This document shows, in pieces, positions 1-14,455 of a stretch of DNA of 64,000 nucleotides; positions within the stretch are counted from its first letter, which is position 1; each line of letters starts with the position of its first letter. This DNA is from Eledone cirrhosa. Taxonomy: Eukaryota. The notes beneath the pieces were generated by a model. It ran no database searches. It was given only the letters and a program-made list of their open reading frames with translations, and had not been told where the DNA came from. The position numbers and the translations under genes were made by a program. The stretch covers positions 9,610,001 to 9,674,000 of the forward strand of contig OZ024752.1 in NCBI GenBank assembly GCA_964016885.1, read 5' to 3'.

Positions 1-744
1 TTGGCCTTCTTTTCCCACCACTTGTCCTGCATAGCGCTGCTTGGGTCTGCCTCTGGAGGTGATTGAAGCGGTCGCTCTTCGAGGTGGAGGAACTGTCATT
101 CTGCAACTCAATGAAAGCCCTCCACTTCTCGTCCATGAGTTGTCTGATTCGCTCATCGTTTTCATCAAACCAGTCCTGGTGGACTCTCTTCCTCGGTCCG
201 ATGGTTGCCTTGGCTGACACTGTCACCAACGACCTGAACTGGTTCCACTGTTGAGTTGGGGGTCCGGTCAGTGGTTCATGGGCAGTCAGCCGGCCGTCTA
301 GGTATTCCGCGAACGCATCACGATGCTCTGGCTGCTTGAGTCGCGCGACGTCGAAAGCTGGCCTACAGGCTTTCGGAGTATACGATGTGTCGGTCCAACA
401 CTCTGCACCACACATGGCCCTGGTGATTCTGACGTCACGGATGTCCCTCTTGCGGCATATGGCAAAGTCAATCAGATTCCACTGTTTGGATCTGGAGTGC
501 ATCCATGTCGTCTTGAACATGTTTGCCTGGCGGAACAGTGTGCTGGTGATGGTGAGGTCGTCCTCGGCGCAGAAACTCAACAGTATGAGGCCGTTAGAGT
601 TCAGCTTCCCTGTACCGTGAGGTCCCAGCACGCCTCTCCGGTTGCTGCTGTCAGACCCGACTCTTGCGTTGAAGTCCCCATTAGGATGAGTTTATGTATT
701 GGAGGGACACCCTTCACGAGTGCGTAGAGTTCCCCGTAGAAAGC
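1..744 (-). mobile_element. RTE-clade LINE fragment, apurinic-like endonuclease region (truncated by gap and window edge)
   Basis: Minus-strand translation gives [62 protein letters not shown] and [10 protein letters not shown]; frameshifted. Confidence 0.9.
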
Positions 745-944
745 NNNNNNNNNNNNNNNNNNNNNNNNNNNNNNNNNNNNNNNNNNNNNNNNNNNNNNNN
801 NNNNNNNNNNNNNNNNNNNNNNNNNNNNNNNNNNNNNNNNNNNNNNNNNNNNNNNNNNNNNNNNNNNNNNNNNNNNNNNNNNNNNNNNNNNNNNNNNNNN
901 NNNNNNNNNNNNNNNNNNNNNNNNNNNNNNNNNNNNNNNNNNNN
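745..944. other. Assembly gap (N run)
   Basis: About 200 N. Confidence 0.99.
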
Positions 945-2116
945 CATCTATATATATATATAATTTACAACTACATTATTCGATATACACATATATAAAC
1001 TATATATACATAGAATTATGTTTAAATATTTATAATATTTCCATGTGTGGCTTTGTGCATCTGTTTAACTTGTATCTATTATATATTCTGTTTGTGTATT
1101 TGCATTGTATCAGAGAGAATATTACACGACATGTATTTAACCTATCATCGACTAAAGAGATATTTAACCATTTTGTTCCAGAGCACAATAGATGTCTAGT
1201 TAATGGTATTTGAATAGTAACCTAAAATTTTCCAGAATTAATGTGTTCTTTACGAGAAATGATACAGCTAAAAGTTGAACACAAAATATGCATAATTTTA
1301 TGACGGTCGTGTTTAGTTTTTCAATCATTTAACAAAGTCTATTGCCAAGATGGCATATCAGCTGAGAATCTAATATTTCACAGCAAATCATTATTTTCTT
1401 TGAGGAAAATGAAAAGTTGCGACTCTAGTTATAAACAACCATGTTTATTATTCAACCAAGGATCCTCTATTTGATCGCTAGACCTGCCATATATAGAAAG
1501 CAAATCTATTTGAAATTTCACGCTATCATATATATTGCATATATTTATAAAATGGTGGCATAATACCATATTGTCTCTGATGATGTCTCGGCTTGATTAG
1601 TTCAGGCCAACTACTGATAAATTATTTTAAAATGATTTGTTGATACGACGATACTAGTTTATTTACGCTCAAAGTTGTTTTATTTATGAATATATTTCTT
1701 TTCGTCTTAAAGCATTCCCATCAAGTTGGATCTTATATCATTAAATACATGAATGAGATATTGTTTTCCTTGGAATACTAGCCATTCACAGTTTCGCTAA
1801 TGAAGATACTAACTACTGCGACAATCAAAAAAGCACTCTATTAGTTTAAAGGGCAGTGAAATAGATAATATTTTGTAGATAAGAAGCATATACATTACAC
1901 AGAGATAAATAGATACCCGGAGCGCGAATTACAACAATCAATGTTTTCATTGATTTATTATATTATTGATCTAGTCGAGCACCATTTATTTCATCTATTT
2001 TGCCACGCTTTTCTCTTTGCCAATTTAACCATTAATTTGTCTTTCATCTTAATTGACAAGCTGATAAACTATTTATTTCACTCTTACAAATGAAACATAT
2101 ATATATATATATATAT

Positions 2117-2420
2117 GTAGATAAATCTACCAAGAGTTTACGGTAGTGTCCAATCCGTATGAAGAACTCAATGTATTCCGGATATCATGAAAGAAGAGAT
2201 GTAATGAAAATCCAATTTCGGTGAAAGATAAACGGTATACAGAGTCAAGATAAAATATTAAACAAATAATGAACAAACAATTCCTTATATTAAACAAAAA
2301 AAGTTCACTATTTAACGATCCAATTATAGCACATATATACCCTAGAAACGATCGTTAAATAGTGAACTTTTTTTGTTTAATATAAGGAATTGTTTGTTCA
2401 TTATTTGTTTAATATTTTAT
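2117..2420. mobile_element. TA-flanked insert with ~70 bp inverted end (PLE pseudo-LTR-like relic)
   Basis: 2250-2320 is the reverse complement of 2350-2420; the arm starts GAAAC-GATC-GTT (3' half of an HHR); (TA)n on both sides. Confidence 0.6.
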
Positions 2421-2544
2421 ATATATATATATATATAATCAGTATTGAAGTTTCCGTTGAAAATTGAAAAAGTCATAGGAGTGAAGAGTGCTCTATGTAA
2501 GTACCAGAGCTAAATTTAATGTATAATAAACAATACAATATAAT

Positions 2545-2609
2545 TACCTCATTACCAGAGGTTTCCCGAATAAGACGAATACGAAAAAACGTCCTCATTC
2601 GTTCATCGG
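2545..2609 (-). ncRNA. Hammerhead-like motif (CCGATGA core, weak stem I)
   Basis: CCGATGA, stem II (cgaatgaggacg/cgtcttattcg), GAAAC, stem III ACCTC/GAGGT, GTA; stem I does not pair convincingly. Confidence 0.4.
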
Positions 2610-3159
2610 ACAAGGCAATTTAAAACAGTGAAATATTTGAAAAATCTCAAGAAAGGCAAGAGTTTATCGGGCAAAAAAAAAACAAAGCAAGAGATATATA
2701 AAAAAATAAGGAAATATAGTTAGGGTATGTGTATAAATGTGTATATATTCACTCACAAATGTACATATGTGTGTATGTACAAATGCATGTGTATAGTGAA
2801 AATGTGTGTGTGCGTAAGTGCGTATATGAGGGCAAGCATAATAGTGTATGTGTGACCAATACGTATATAATATAAGTTGAAAAATAATGTACATCCAGAT
2901 TTAGGTATTAAATATATACACATACAATTATGAAAGCACGCGATCATTTATATGCGGAAGATAAAAAGGGAAGGGAGTGTTTTAGTCAAAAAGAGTGTCA
3001 TATTCGATACATATAAAAATGAAACAATACATGAGAAAGAAAAAAAATTTGTTTAAATCAAAGAGAAAGTAAGAGGGAGGGGTTATCAATTATAAATTAA
3101 CATTAGAGAAAAAGAAAACAAACATAGGTTCGCACGTACGCACACATATATATAAAAAT

Positions 3160-3968
3160 ATATGTAAAATGGCCATCAATGTTCCACTTTCCGTTTGACT
3201 TGCCAGATGCGTTGTATATTACACAATGACAGCAATTAACACCTCACCCTGCAAGGTTCCCTTCTCAGCGAACACCTTTGGCTATTATGCTGCACAACTG
3301 GGATCTCGCCGACCCTCTCGCACTGTGGTACAGCCACCATGAATGTCTAGCTGAGGACATCCTCCACCGCACACACAGACACAATCCAAACGTAACATAC
3401 GATGTCGTTTTAAATGAGGCGTTCATTTGTCTTGAAAACAGTGTCCTGGAGATTGGTGTTAGGCCTCTAAGTCACTACAGCTTACCCGCTTCTGACAGGA
3501 GTGTCCAGAGGTCAACGTCTACAGAGCTTCTCCGCGAGACGAGCTACGAAATGAGTGATTCTCCCATTGTCAATTGTATGTAGGATGCTCTAGGGTGAGC
3601 TCGCCAAACAATCTTTGCTCAGGAGGGCCGAACAAAAAAATTGTATATTCTGAGGCTCTAACAATGTAATTTAAATATTTTCTGTTATTTGGAATTTCTA
3701 TTATGATTGTACAAATTATTGTTTGTTATAAAATTTGTTCTCTGTTCAGCCTTTATTGTTGTAACTATCAATTTTCTTGAACGTACTGGCTGCTAAAGTG
3801 GGGAATACTAAAAACTGTTCAAACCCAACATCAGAGCAAGTTAACCCCCCCCCCCCCTCGCTGACTTGAGAGGGCATGCGGTATCTTTGTACTGGAGGGC
3901 AGAGGGGATTCCTGAAAAGATAAAATGCCGGTATACCTAACCCGACGCCAGCGGGACGGGCCAGCTAG
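3160..3968 (+). mobile_element. Helitron deletion derivative with RepHel linker fragment
   Basis: ORF 3278-3583 (DPLALW..LAEDILH..NEA..LE..LP..ELLRETSY) resembles the Helitron Rep-helicase interdomain; ends in cccg..cggg hairpin plus CTAG|T at 3965-3968; 5' boundary approximate. Confidence 0.75.
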
Positions 3969-3969
3969 T

Positions 3970-4800
<831 letters not shown>

Positions 4801-5032
4801 TTAGAAACACACAGATACATGCGGACACACACATATACATGAATGCATCCGCACCCAACCGTGAGTTAAGGGTGCCAACTTCACCGATGTTTCTCAATGA
4901 ATGACTGGGACAGACCAATCCGGTTGAACTAGACTGAACCAGTATCAGAGTTAAAAATACATTATGAAGAGAGAAGAAACATTTAGATACAATTAGTAAT
5001 AAAATGTATCATACCTAAACTGTTCCTAAATT

Positions 5033-5120
5033 CTTCGACTACGTAGTTTCGTGGCATAAACAAAAACAATATATCATAAAGATATAGAGTCCCTGCGAGG
5101 TCTGCCGACTTATCAAGAGG
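5033..5120 (-). ncRNA. Type I hammerhead, U3-A8 core variant
   Basis: cctc TTGATAA GTCGGCA...TGCCAC GAAAC TACGTA GTC gaag; palindromic stem III ACTACGTAGT. Confidence 0.65.
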
Positions 5121-5627
5121 ATACCTCATTTTACTAGTCTCAAGAACGCGTCTACACGACGTGAGAAAGAATCCCAAAAGGCGGAGGGGGAGATAGTCAC
5201 GCGATATAACGGTCGAGAAACAGAGCTAAGCCTCTTATAACCACGAAGAAAATACCACGGAGGCGGAGGGGGTATTCATATCGAGGCCGCAGAAGAGGTG
5301 GTGAAGAAGGCTAGAAGTATGAGTAATGGAAGCTTTTCAGTTGTCCCCACACTTCAAAGATTGCTGGACCAGAGGGAGTTATTAACAATATATTTAGAAA
5401 CACACAGATACATGCGGACACACACATATATACATGAATGCATCCGCACCCAACTGTGAGTTAAGGGTGCCAACTTCACCGATGTTGCTCAATGAATGAC
5501 CGGGACAGACCAATTCAGTTGAACTAGACTGAACCAGTATCAGAGTTAAAAATACATTATGAAGAGAGAAGAAACATTTAGATACAATTAGTAATAAAAT
5601 GTATCATACCTAAACTGCTCCTAAATT

Positions 5628-5715
5628 CTTCGACTACGTAGTTTCGTGGCATAAACAAAAACAATATATCATAAAGATATAGAGTCCTTGCGAGGTCTGC
5701 CGACTTATCAAGAGG
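5628..5715 (-). ncRNA. Type I hammerhead, U3-A8 core variant (second tandem copy)
   Basis: Same motif as 5033-5120, offset +595. Confidence 0.65.
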
Positions 5716-5959
5716 ATACCTCATTTTACTAGTCTCAAGAACGCGTCTACACGACGTGAGAAAGAATCCCAAAAGGCGGAGGGGGAGACAGTCACGCGAT
5801 ATAACGGTCGAGAAACAGAGCTAAGCCTCTTATAACCCCGAAGAAAATACCACGGAGGCGGAGGGGGTATTTATATCGAAATATATATATATATATTATA
5901 TTATATTTCGTTTCTGAATTTGTTTAGCAAGATTCTTTATCTAAAAACGTGTGTTTAAA

Positions 5960-6572
5960 CCGATATTGTTATACTTTGGGAGGGTCATGTTGCCAATAAG
6001 AAACACAGGCACCAGTTGCTTTCACTCCAATTTATTATAAACTAGCAGTGGTACCCGGCGTTGCACGGGATAAGGTATTTTGGAACGCGGGCCACCAATA
6101 CACCTGAAAACTGCATGCCTGGACAATATGTAAAGAATATAAACCGAATACCCTGATGGCTGGATAATCTTTAAGATTTTCCTTGATGAATCAGGAAAAA
6201 TGCAGGTTTTCACCTAATGCGGGCCCTAGGGGATCAAGAAAATGAATTTTTTTTCTGTGCATAATATGCCTTGAAATTTCGGGAAAATTGGCTAGACGTA
6301 ACGCCTCCAAAAAGCCCTAAGAAGCTGAAAAAATGAAGTTTTCACCTAATGAGGCCCCTAGGCCATAAGAAAGTTGGATTTTCTCTGCTTACAGTATGAA
6401 GAAGAGATTGACTAATACATAGTTACAATTTCAAGGAAATCGGTCTGAAGTAACGCTTCAAAAAAGCCCTAACAATGTTAACCAACGCAATTTTTCAACT
6501 AATCCGGGCCCTAGGAGATAAAAAAGTTTGAAAAAAATCGGTTGGGTACTTCTCGAGTTTTAGGGATTCAAA

Positions 6573-6641
<69 letters not shown>

Positions 6642-7210
6642 ACACACACAGACACATCCTCAAGGAAAGGACGTAATGCAGACAGTCAGACATACAGACA
6701 GACAGATATTATAAGGGTGCGACGTTATAAGTATGTATCTATCTAAAAAGAGAAAGACTAAGAATTATAGAGCGAGATCGCTAAATCGCCTAATGTGCTC
6801 CCTGGGCCATAGAAAATTTGAAATTTCTTTTTGCTCAGAACACTCCCTGGAACATAAGTATTACATGTGTAAAGTTTGAAAACAGTCGGTTGGGTGGTTC
6901 TCGAGTTTTAGAGATTCGAACTCACACACACACAGACAGACCTCCTCAGTTTTATATATATATAGAATAACATTTTTTTTTAGAAATTTCCGATTGAAGA
7001 GGTCACAATGTGTGACGAAAGAACTTTGACAATATATGAACAACCGTCCGGTTGTGGAACCAACCAACCAGCCAACCGTAAATTTATAAAAATTTTTTTC
7101 TTTTTGAAAACATTTTTGGAAAATTTTTTGAAAATTTAAAATAAATTGGAGTGAAACACTTGGTGCGTGTGTTTCTTATTGTCAACATGACCCTCCCAAA
7201 GTATAACAAT
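5960..7210. mobile_element. Inverted-end PLE-like mini-element interrupted by a Helitron
   Basis: 5960-6033 is inverted to 7143-7210; degenerate HHR near 6993-7030; related copy at 23476-23640. Confidence 0.55.
6042..6966 (-). mobile_element. Non-autonomous Helitron-type element
   Basis: Minus strand starts TCTATATATATAAAACTGAG and ends cccgtgcaacgccgggtaccactgCTAG|T; internal (CA)n and subrepeats; second copy at 29389-30397. Confidence 0.85.
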
Positions 7211-7330
7211 ATTATATTATATATATATATTATACATATATATATTCTATTATATATATATATTATATTATATATATATATTATACATATATATATTCGA
7301 TTATATATATTATATTATATATACATTATA

Positions 7331-7518
7331 GGCAGTGAATTGGCAGTATCGGTAGAGGGTCGAACATGCTTTCCAGCATAGTTACGTCACTTTACGTTCC
7401 TTTACAATCTGAGTTTATATCCTGCCGAGATTAACTTTGCCTTACGGGGTCGATAAAATAAATTACCTGTAATGTACTGGTTTATTGCTGGCCTTGTGCC
7501 AAAAGTAGAAACAATGAT
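7331..7518 (+). mobile_element. tRNA-derived SINE family 1
   Basis: A box TGGCAGTATCGG, degenerate B box, core ACGGGGTCGATAAAATAAA, tail GGCCTTGTGCCAAAAGTAGAAACAA. Confidence 0.85.
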
Positions 7519-7817
7519 ATTATATATATATATATATATTATATATATTATATTATATATATATTATATATATTATATATATATATTATATTATATATAT
7601 ATATATTATATATATATTATATTATATATATATTATAAGTATGTATACGTACATACATATATGTATATATACATACATGCACACACATATATATGTACGT
7701 ATGGCTTTACCAAATATTTATTATAATGTTCGGTTTGTTTGTGAACAAACAGCCCGAATTAAGTCGTACAGTGTTTAGAAACCATCGTTGCCCTTTTGTT
7801 CAAAACTGACAAAAGAA

Positions 7818-7858
7818 CGATGTACTAGTTTCAAGCTTATTAGCTATCGTCAGCATCG
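7818..7858 (-). ncRNA. Minimal type I hammerhead ribozyme (family A)
   Basis: CGATG CTGACGA T AGCT aata AGCT T GAAAC TA GTA CATCG: perfect stem I, stem II, palindromic stem III. Confidence 0.85.
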
Positions 7859-8329
7859 TATACCTTCCTGCCTGATGATTGAACATCTGAAAGTATATAC
7901 TTTCCTTATGCATATTAAAGGCTGAGCAGCCTAATTTGCATAGTTAGTCGACCGGGCGCACCGAAAACGATAAATGGAAAACATGAAACGAAATTTCATT
8001 TCTCACTCTTAGTACGGCTGTTACTTAAATATATGTATATATACGTACATACATATTTGTATACAGACGTACAGTAGTATGTATATATATATACATACAT
8101 GCACACACATATATATATGTACGTATGGGTTTACCGAACACTTATTATAATGCTCAGTTTGTTTGTAAACAAGAGTGAGCAATGACATTTCGTTTCATTC
8201 TTTCCATTTATCGTTTTCGGTGCGTCCGGCCGACTAACTCACTCGATATGCAAATTAGGCTGCTCAGCCGTTAATATGCATAGGGAAAGTATATACTTTC
8301 AGACTTCAATCATCTGGTAGGAAGGTATA

Positions 8330-8370
8330 CGATGCTGACGATAGGTAATAAGCTTCAAACTAGTACATCG
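8330..8370 (+). ncRNA. Family A hammerhead, probably inactive (G12 to C)
   Basis: CGATG CTGACGA TAGGTAATAAGCTT CAAAC TA GTA CATCG. Confidence 0.7.
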
Positions 8371-8696
8371 TTCCTGTGTCAGTGTTGAAGAAAAGGGCAA
8401 CGATGGTTGCTAAACACTGTATGGCTTAATTCGGGCTGTTTGTTTACAAACAAACCGAGCATTGTAATGAATGTTCGATAAACCCATACGTACATATATA
8501 TATATGTGTGCATCTATGTATATATATACATACTACTGTACGTCTGTATAGATATATACATGTACGTATACATACTTATATTTAAGTAACAGCCGTACTA
8601 AGAGTGAGAAATGAAATTTCGTTTCATTTATATATATATTATATTATATGAAATATATGAAATATAAGAATCAAAGAACTGTTCAAAACATTATTG

Positions 8697-8743
8697 TGCT
8701 TACAGCTGTTTCCTCCAAACCGAGGTTTGGATTCTTCGGAGCA
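8697..8743 (-). ncRNA. PLE hammerhead (inverted copy)
   Basis: Reverse complement of 11877-11923. Confidence 0.75.
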
Positions 8744-9259
8744 ATTTATTAATGCATGGACAGTTATATGACCTCCTTTTCAGCCGAGAGACATACCAAT
8801 ACATATTCAAACATTGATACATATTCAAACATTGTGGGTCAACATTCATTACAGAATTTAGAGTGGCAGTACACACTTCGAGATTACATTTATATTAATA
8901 GGTACAATCAAAAATCAAAGATATAGGTTAAAGTACAACATGAAGATAAGTGGTTATATAGTGCAAATGTTATATGTGTGGCACGCATGTGCGTCTTGTT
9001 TATATAGTGTGGCAGAGAGATATGTGTGGTAGAGGCACTTAGGTAGGTAAATAAGAGTGTTAGGTTGGTAGATCTGGTGGCAAAATCTTTATATGATTGA
9101 TATAGTCTGTGTGTGGAGAAATATTATAAGCATTAAAGATAGTGCAAGCATTAAAAGTGTTATAAGTATTGGAGATGCACAGCGCAGGGATGTCAAGTAA
9201 TTCATGTACTTCGGCATTTTCATGGTCAAGGGAGTGTATACAACATCATCTCGCACAAC

Positions 9260-10433
9260 ATGTCCATGAGGAAATCTAATAATAGGAATAGCAACCACAA
9301 GTACACCAAAGCGGAGGGTGCCACCGGAAGTAACCATTACCATGGAAACTACTGTGGGGCCTTAGGAGGAAGCAACACACCAAACACTAAAAGCAAAAAT
9401 AGAAGAAGAAATAATACATTTTTCAACCCTCCTTTCAACCTAAATGTCTCCACCAACATACCTAGGGCTTTCTTCTCACTACTAGATAAAAACTTCCCTC
9501 TAGGGTGCCACCGGAAGTAACCATTACCATGGAAACTACTGTGGGGCCTTAGGAGGAAGCAACACACCAAACACTAAAAGCAAAAATAGAAGAAGAAATA
9601 ATACATTTTTCAACCCTCCTTTCAACCTAAATGTCTCCACCAACATACCTAGGGCTTTCTTCTCACTACTAGATAAAAACTTCCCTCTAGGACACAAGTA
9701 CCACAACCACTTAAACAAAAACACCATTAAAATCTCATACTCTACGACGCCTAACTTAGCATACCACATAGCTAGCAGCAATAATAGTAAAATTAGTTCT
9801 TACTTCCAACAAACAAAATCACAACGGGATGCAAACCCTCTAAATACCACTGTAGCAAGCAACCATAGCAACGGCAGTAACAATAGAAATAACACTAGTA
9901 TAAGTAATAACACCAGGGTTGTCAACCCGAACACCCAAAATCCTATATCCACCACACAGACTTCCGCATTGCATTATAACCAGCGGACTAACGCACAGAA
10001 TAATTGTAACTGTAGAGCTAATAGAACCTGCCCTTTAGATAAAAAATGCCTAACCAAGGATGTCATATACTCATGCACAGTCACGACTAATAACTCTTCA
10101 GAAACATATGTAGGCTCCACTTCTAACTGCTTCAAAATCAGATATAACTCGCACATCCACTCGTTCAAAAAGCACAGCCTAGCCAACTCCACCTCACTTT
10201 CTAGCTACATACACTATCTAAAATCTAAAAATAAACCATACACACTCAAATGGGAAGTGATAGGCAGCGCGACCTCGTACAAACCACCTAATAAACTCTG
10301 TAACCTCTGTATACTAGAGACACACAATATTATCTTCTCCAACCGTAACCTACTTAACAAAAAATCTGAGGTGTTTGCAACTTGCCAGCACCGCCTCAGA
10401 CATTCCTTCCAAAACTTTAAGCCCTATATATAG
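9260..10433 (+). pseudogene. PLE ORF C-terminus: linker, Cys cluster and GIY-YIG endonuclease
   Basis: FFNPPFN, KISYS, CNCRANRTCPLDKKCL, VIY..TYVGST..FKIRYNSH, KW, CNLC..E, LLNKKSE..CQH; frame open from ~9504 to 10433; upstream broken by a 187-bp duplication. Confidence 0.9.
9315..9688 (+). repeat. 187-bp tandem duplication inside the PLE ORF
   Basis: agggtgccaccgg at 9315 and 9502; AGG microhomology at the junction. Confidence 0.9.
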
Positions 10434-10639
10434 CAATGTCGGACTGGAACCTAACACCACATCTAGCATCAAACACCAGAGACACACCCTATACTACATA
10501 CCCAACACTAGCTGATCCATTATAACACAAACAACGACATCCCTCTGGAACCCTTCGCAGGGAAAATACCCATTTATACCTCGACGGCAGGTGTGACAAC
10601 ATCCACCCACTTGAACGGCACTACACCGCTCTAAGGGTA

Positions 10640-11040
10640 ATTTGAGCACGAATTGATCGGTTGGATGGTGTTGGGCAGAGGAAACACCTTCCTTAGACAG
10701 ATGTAAAATGATTTAATCGAGTAGCGCTGTTGACCAGTAGGACCGGGCTGCTGAGCGCAGTGAGTGAATGCAATGCAACTGCCGTGCGGGTTGTACGTAT
10801 ATGGATGATCTGACGGTCAGAGAGGGGTCGCGAGGACTGCGGATTGACCTTTGGCCTGCCTGGGGACGATTATCTTTCGACATCCAATGTAGCAAGCGAT
10901 GACCCAGATCTTACCAGAGATCATTGGGTCCTGAAGCAATCCTGCAATCACCGCGCCTGGTCATATGAGCAGACTACAACCACAGAGATCATTAATTTGG
11001 AATCCTCGCTCATCATCTATAATTTCCATTTGTAGCACCT
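10640..11040 (-). mobile_element. Possible decayed RTE-like 3' fragment within the PLE 3' region
   Basis: GC-richer block; minus frames give AHMTRRGDCRI, LHWMSKDNRP and GRPK, resembling RTE C-termini. Confidence 0.3.
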
Positions 11041-11876
11041 TAAGATGGGTTAATCCACCATAATAATAATATGATCACCTTCAGCATAACTTAGTTAAAC
11101 TACTCTGTAGTTAATACACTTTATGCTTTAAAAGTCTCTCTTGGAAGGTGCACTTCACCATAGAATTTAGGGCCTATATTGGGACACATTTTAATGGCTA
11201 GATATATAAACCCCAGAGTTACCTCCCCGCATGCATTAACTCCCCTTAGCCACACACACACTTCCGGTATTCAATGGCGTTTCTCGAAACGTAACAACCT
11301 CCTGTATCGAACTAAAGAACACCAGACTACGATCTCTAACTGAATTGTCGTAGATTATGTGAAAGGCATATAATCGAAATATACACTCCCTTGACCATGA
11401 AAGTGCCGAAGTACATGAATTACTTGACATCCCTGCGCTGTGCATCTCCAATACTTATAACACTTTTAATGCTTGCACTATCTTTAATGCTTATAATATT
11501 TCTCCACACACAGACTATATCAATCATATAAAGATTTTGCCACCAGATCTACCAACCTAACACTCTTATTTACCTACCTAAGTGCCTCTACCACACATAT
11601 CTCTCTGCCACACTATATAAACAAGACGCACATGCGTGCCACACATATAACATTTGCACTATATAACCACTTATCTTCATGTTGTACTTTAACCTATATC
11701 TTTGATTTTTGATTGTACCTATTAATATAAATGTAATCTCGAAGTGTGTACTGCCACTCTAAATTCTGTAATGAATGTTGACCCACAATGTTTGAATATG
11801 TATCAATGTTTGAATATGTATTGGTATGTCTCTCGGCTGAAAAGGAGGTCATATAACTGTCCATGCATTAATAAAT

Positions 11877-11923
11877 TGCTCCGAAGAATCCAAACCTCGG
11901 TTTGGAGGAAACAGCTGTAAGCA
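11877..11923 (+). ncRNA. PLE pseudo-LTR hammerhead, U4C core
   Basis: TGCT CCGAAGA a TCCAAAC ctcg GTTTGGA g GAAAC AGCT GTA AGCA. Confidence 0.75.
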
Positions 11924-12128
11924 CAATAATGTTTTGAACAGTTCTTTGATTCTTATATTTCATATAACTGCTCTGTAAATCATCTGATGTTTTTACATTG
12001 AGCTACTTAACTTACTGGTCATAAGGTAGTAATACATTACTGCCTACCACTATTTAGGGTGTGTGTAAAATACTTACAACTGCTTAAGGTTTTGTGTTTA
12101 CATAACCATAAATAGTATAACTAATACT

Positions 12129-12277
12129 ATATTATATTATATATATTATATATATTATATATATATATATTACATTATATTATATATATATATATATATT
12201 ACATTATATTATATATATAAATATATATATATATATATTACATTATATTATATACATATATATATATTACATTATAT

Positions 12278-12308
<31 letters not shown>

Positions 12309-12345
12309 TACATTATATTATATATATATATATATTACATTATAT

Positions 12346-12376
<31 letters not shown>

Positions 12377-12713
12377 TACATTATATTATATATATATATA
12401 TATATATTACATTATATTATATATATATATATTACATTATATTATATATATATAAGGGCGGTGAATTGGCAGTATCGGTAGAGGGTTGGACGCCATGCTT
12501 TCTAGCATAGTTACGTCCCTTTACAGTCTGAGTTCAAATCCCGCCGAGGTTAACTTTGCCTTTCATCCTTACGGGGTCGATAAAATAAAGTACCAGTAAT
12601 GTACTGGGTAGTTGCTGGCCTTGTGCCTAAAGTAGAAACAATTATATTATATATATAAATATATATATATATATTACATTATATTATATATATATATATA
12701 TATTACATTATAT

Positions 12714-12744
<31 letters not shown>

Positions 12745-12769
12745 TACATTATATTATATATATAAATAT

Positions 12770-12803
<34 letters not shown>

Positions 12804-12815
12804 GTTACATTATAT

Positions 12816-12851
<36 letters not shown>

Positions 12852-12858
12852 ATTAAAT

Positions 12859-12890
<32 letters not shown>

Positions 12891-12896
12891 GTACTT

Positions 12897-12932
<36 letters not shown>

Positions 12933-13139
12933 CATTATATTATATATATATATATATATATTACACTATATTATATATATATATATTACATTATATTATA
13001 TATATATATATATATATATTACATTATATATATATATATATATATTACATTATATTATATATATATATATTACATTATATTATATATATAAATATATATA
13101 TATTACATTATATATATATATATATATATTACATTATAT

Positions 13140-13170
<31 letters not shown>

Positions 13171-13203
13171 TACATATTATATATATATATATATATATTA
13201 CGT

Positions 13204-13235
<32 letters not shown>

Positions 13236-13468
13236 TACATTATATTATATATATGTATATATATATATATATTACATTATATTATATATATGTATATATA
13301 TATATATACATTATATTACATTATATTATATATATGTATATATATATATATATTACATTATATTATATATATATATATATTACATTATATTATATATATA
13401 TATATATATTACATTATATATATATATATATATATATTACATTATATATATATATATATATATATTAC

Positions 13469-13501
<33 letters not shown>

Positions 13502-13614
13502 CATTATATATATATATATATATATTACATTATATATATATATATATATATATATTACATTATATATATATATATATATATATTACATTATATATATATA
13601 TATATATATATTAC

Positions 13615-13649
<35 letters not shown>

Positions 13650-13679
13650 CATTATATTATATATATATATATATATTAC

Positions 13680-13716
<37 letters not shown>

Positions 13717-13719
13717 CAT

Positions 13720-13767
<48 letters not shown>

Positions 13768-13957
13768 CATTATATTATATATATTACATTATATTATATA
13801 TATATATATATATATTACATTATATATATATTACATTATATTATATATATATCCCGCCGAGGTTGACTTTGCCTTTCATCCTTACGGGGTCGATAAAATA
13901 AAGTACCAGTAATGCACTGGGTATAATTGCTGGCCTTGTGCCTAAAGTAGAAACAAT

Positions 13958-13994
<37 letters not shown>

Positions 13995-14419
13995 TATATA
14001 TATATATATATTATATTATATATATATATATTATATTATATATATATTATATATATATATATTATATTATATATATATATATATATATATTATATTATAT
14101 ATATATATATATATATATTATATTATATATATATATATATATTATATTATATATATATATATAATATTATATTATATATATTATATTATATATTATATAT
14201 ATATTACATTATATTATATATATATATTTTACATTATATATTATATATATATATATTACATTATATTATATATATATATATTACATTATATTATATATAT
14301 ATATATTACATTATATTATATATATATATATATATTACATTATATTATATATATATATATATTACATTATATTATATATATATATATATTACATTATATT
14401 ATATATATATATATTACAT

Positions 14420-14455
<36 letters not shown>

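Larger units (their letters stand above)
7637..8628. mobile_element. Retrozyme-like family A: ~429-bp monomers in tandem plus inverted array
   Basis: 7637-8172 in one orientation (~1.3 units), 8173-8628 inverted (gagtgag at 8173 and 8602); same family at 50900-51765. Confidence 0.8.
8654..12128 (+). mobile_element. 5'-truncated Penelope-like retroelement with inverted partial pseudo-LTR
   Basis: GIY-YIG ORF end; 8654-9240 is a 587-bp inverted copy of 11380-11966; HHR in the repeat; TA-flanked. Confidence 0.9.

Noticed and set aside
7872-7905. Apparent second HHR (CTGATGA..GAAAGTATATACTTTC) on the opposite strand of family A
   Set aside because: No stem I or stem II pairing, and other copies read CCAGATGA or CCAGATTG
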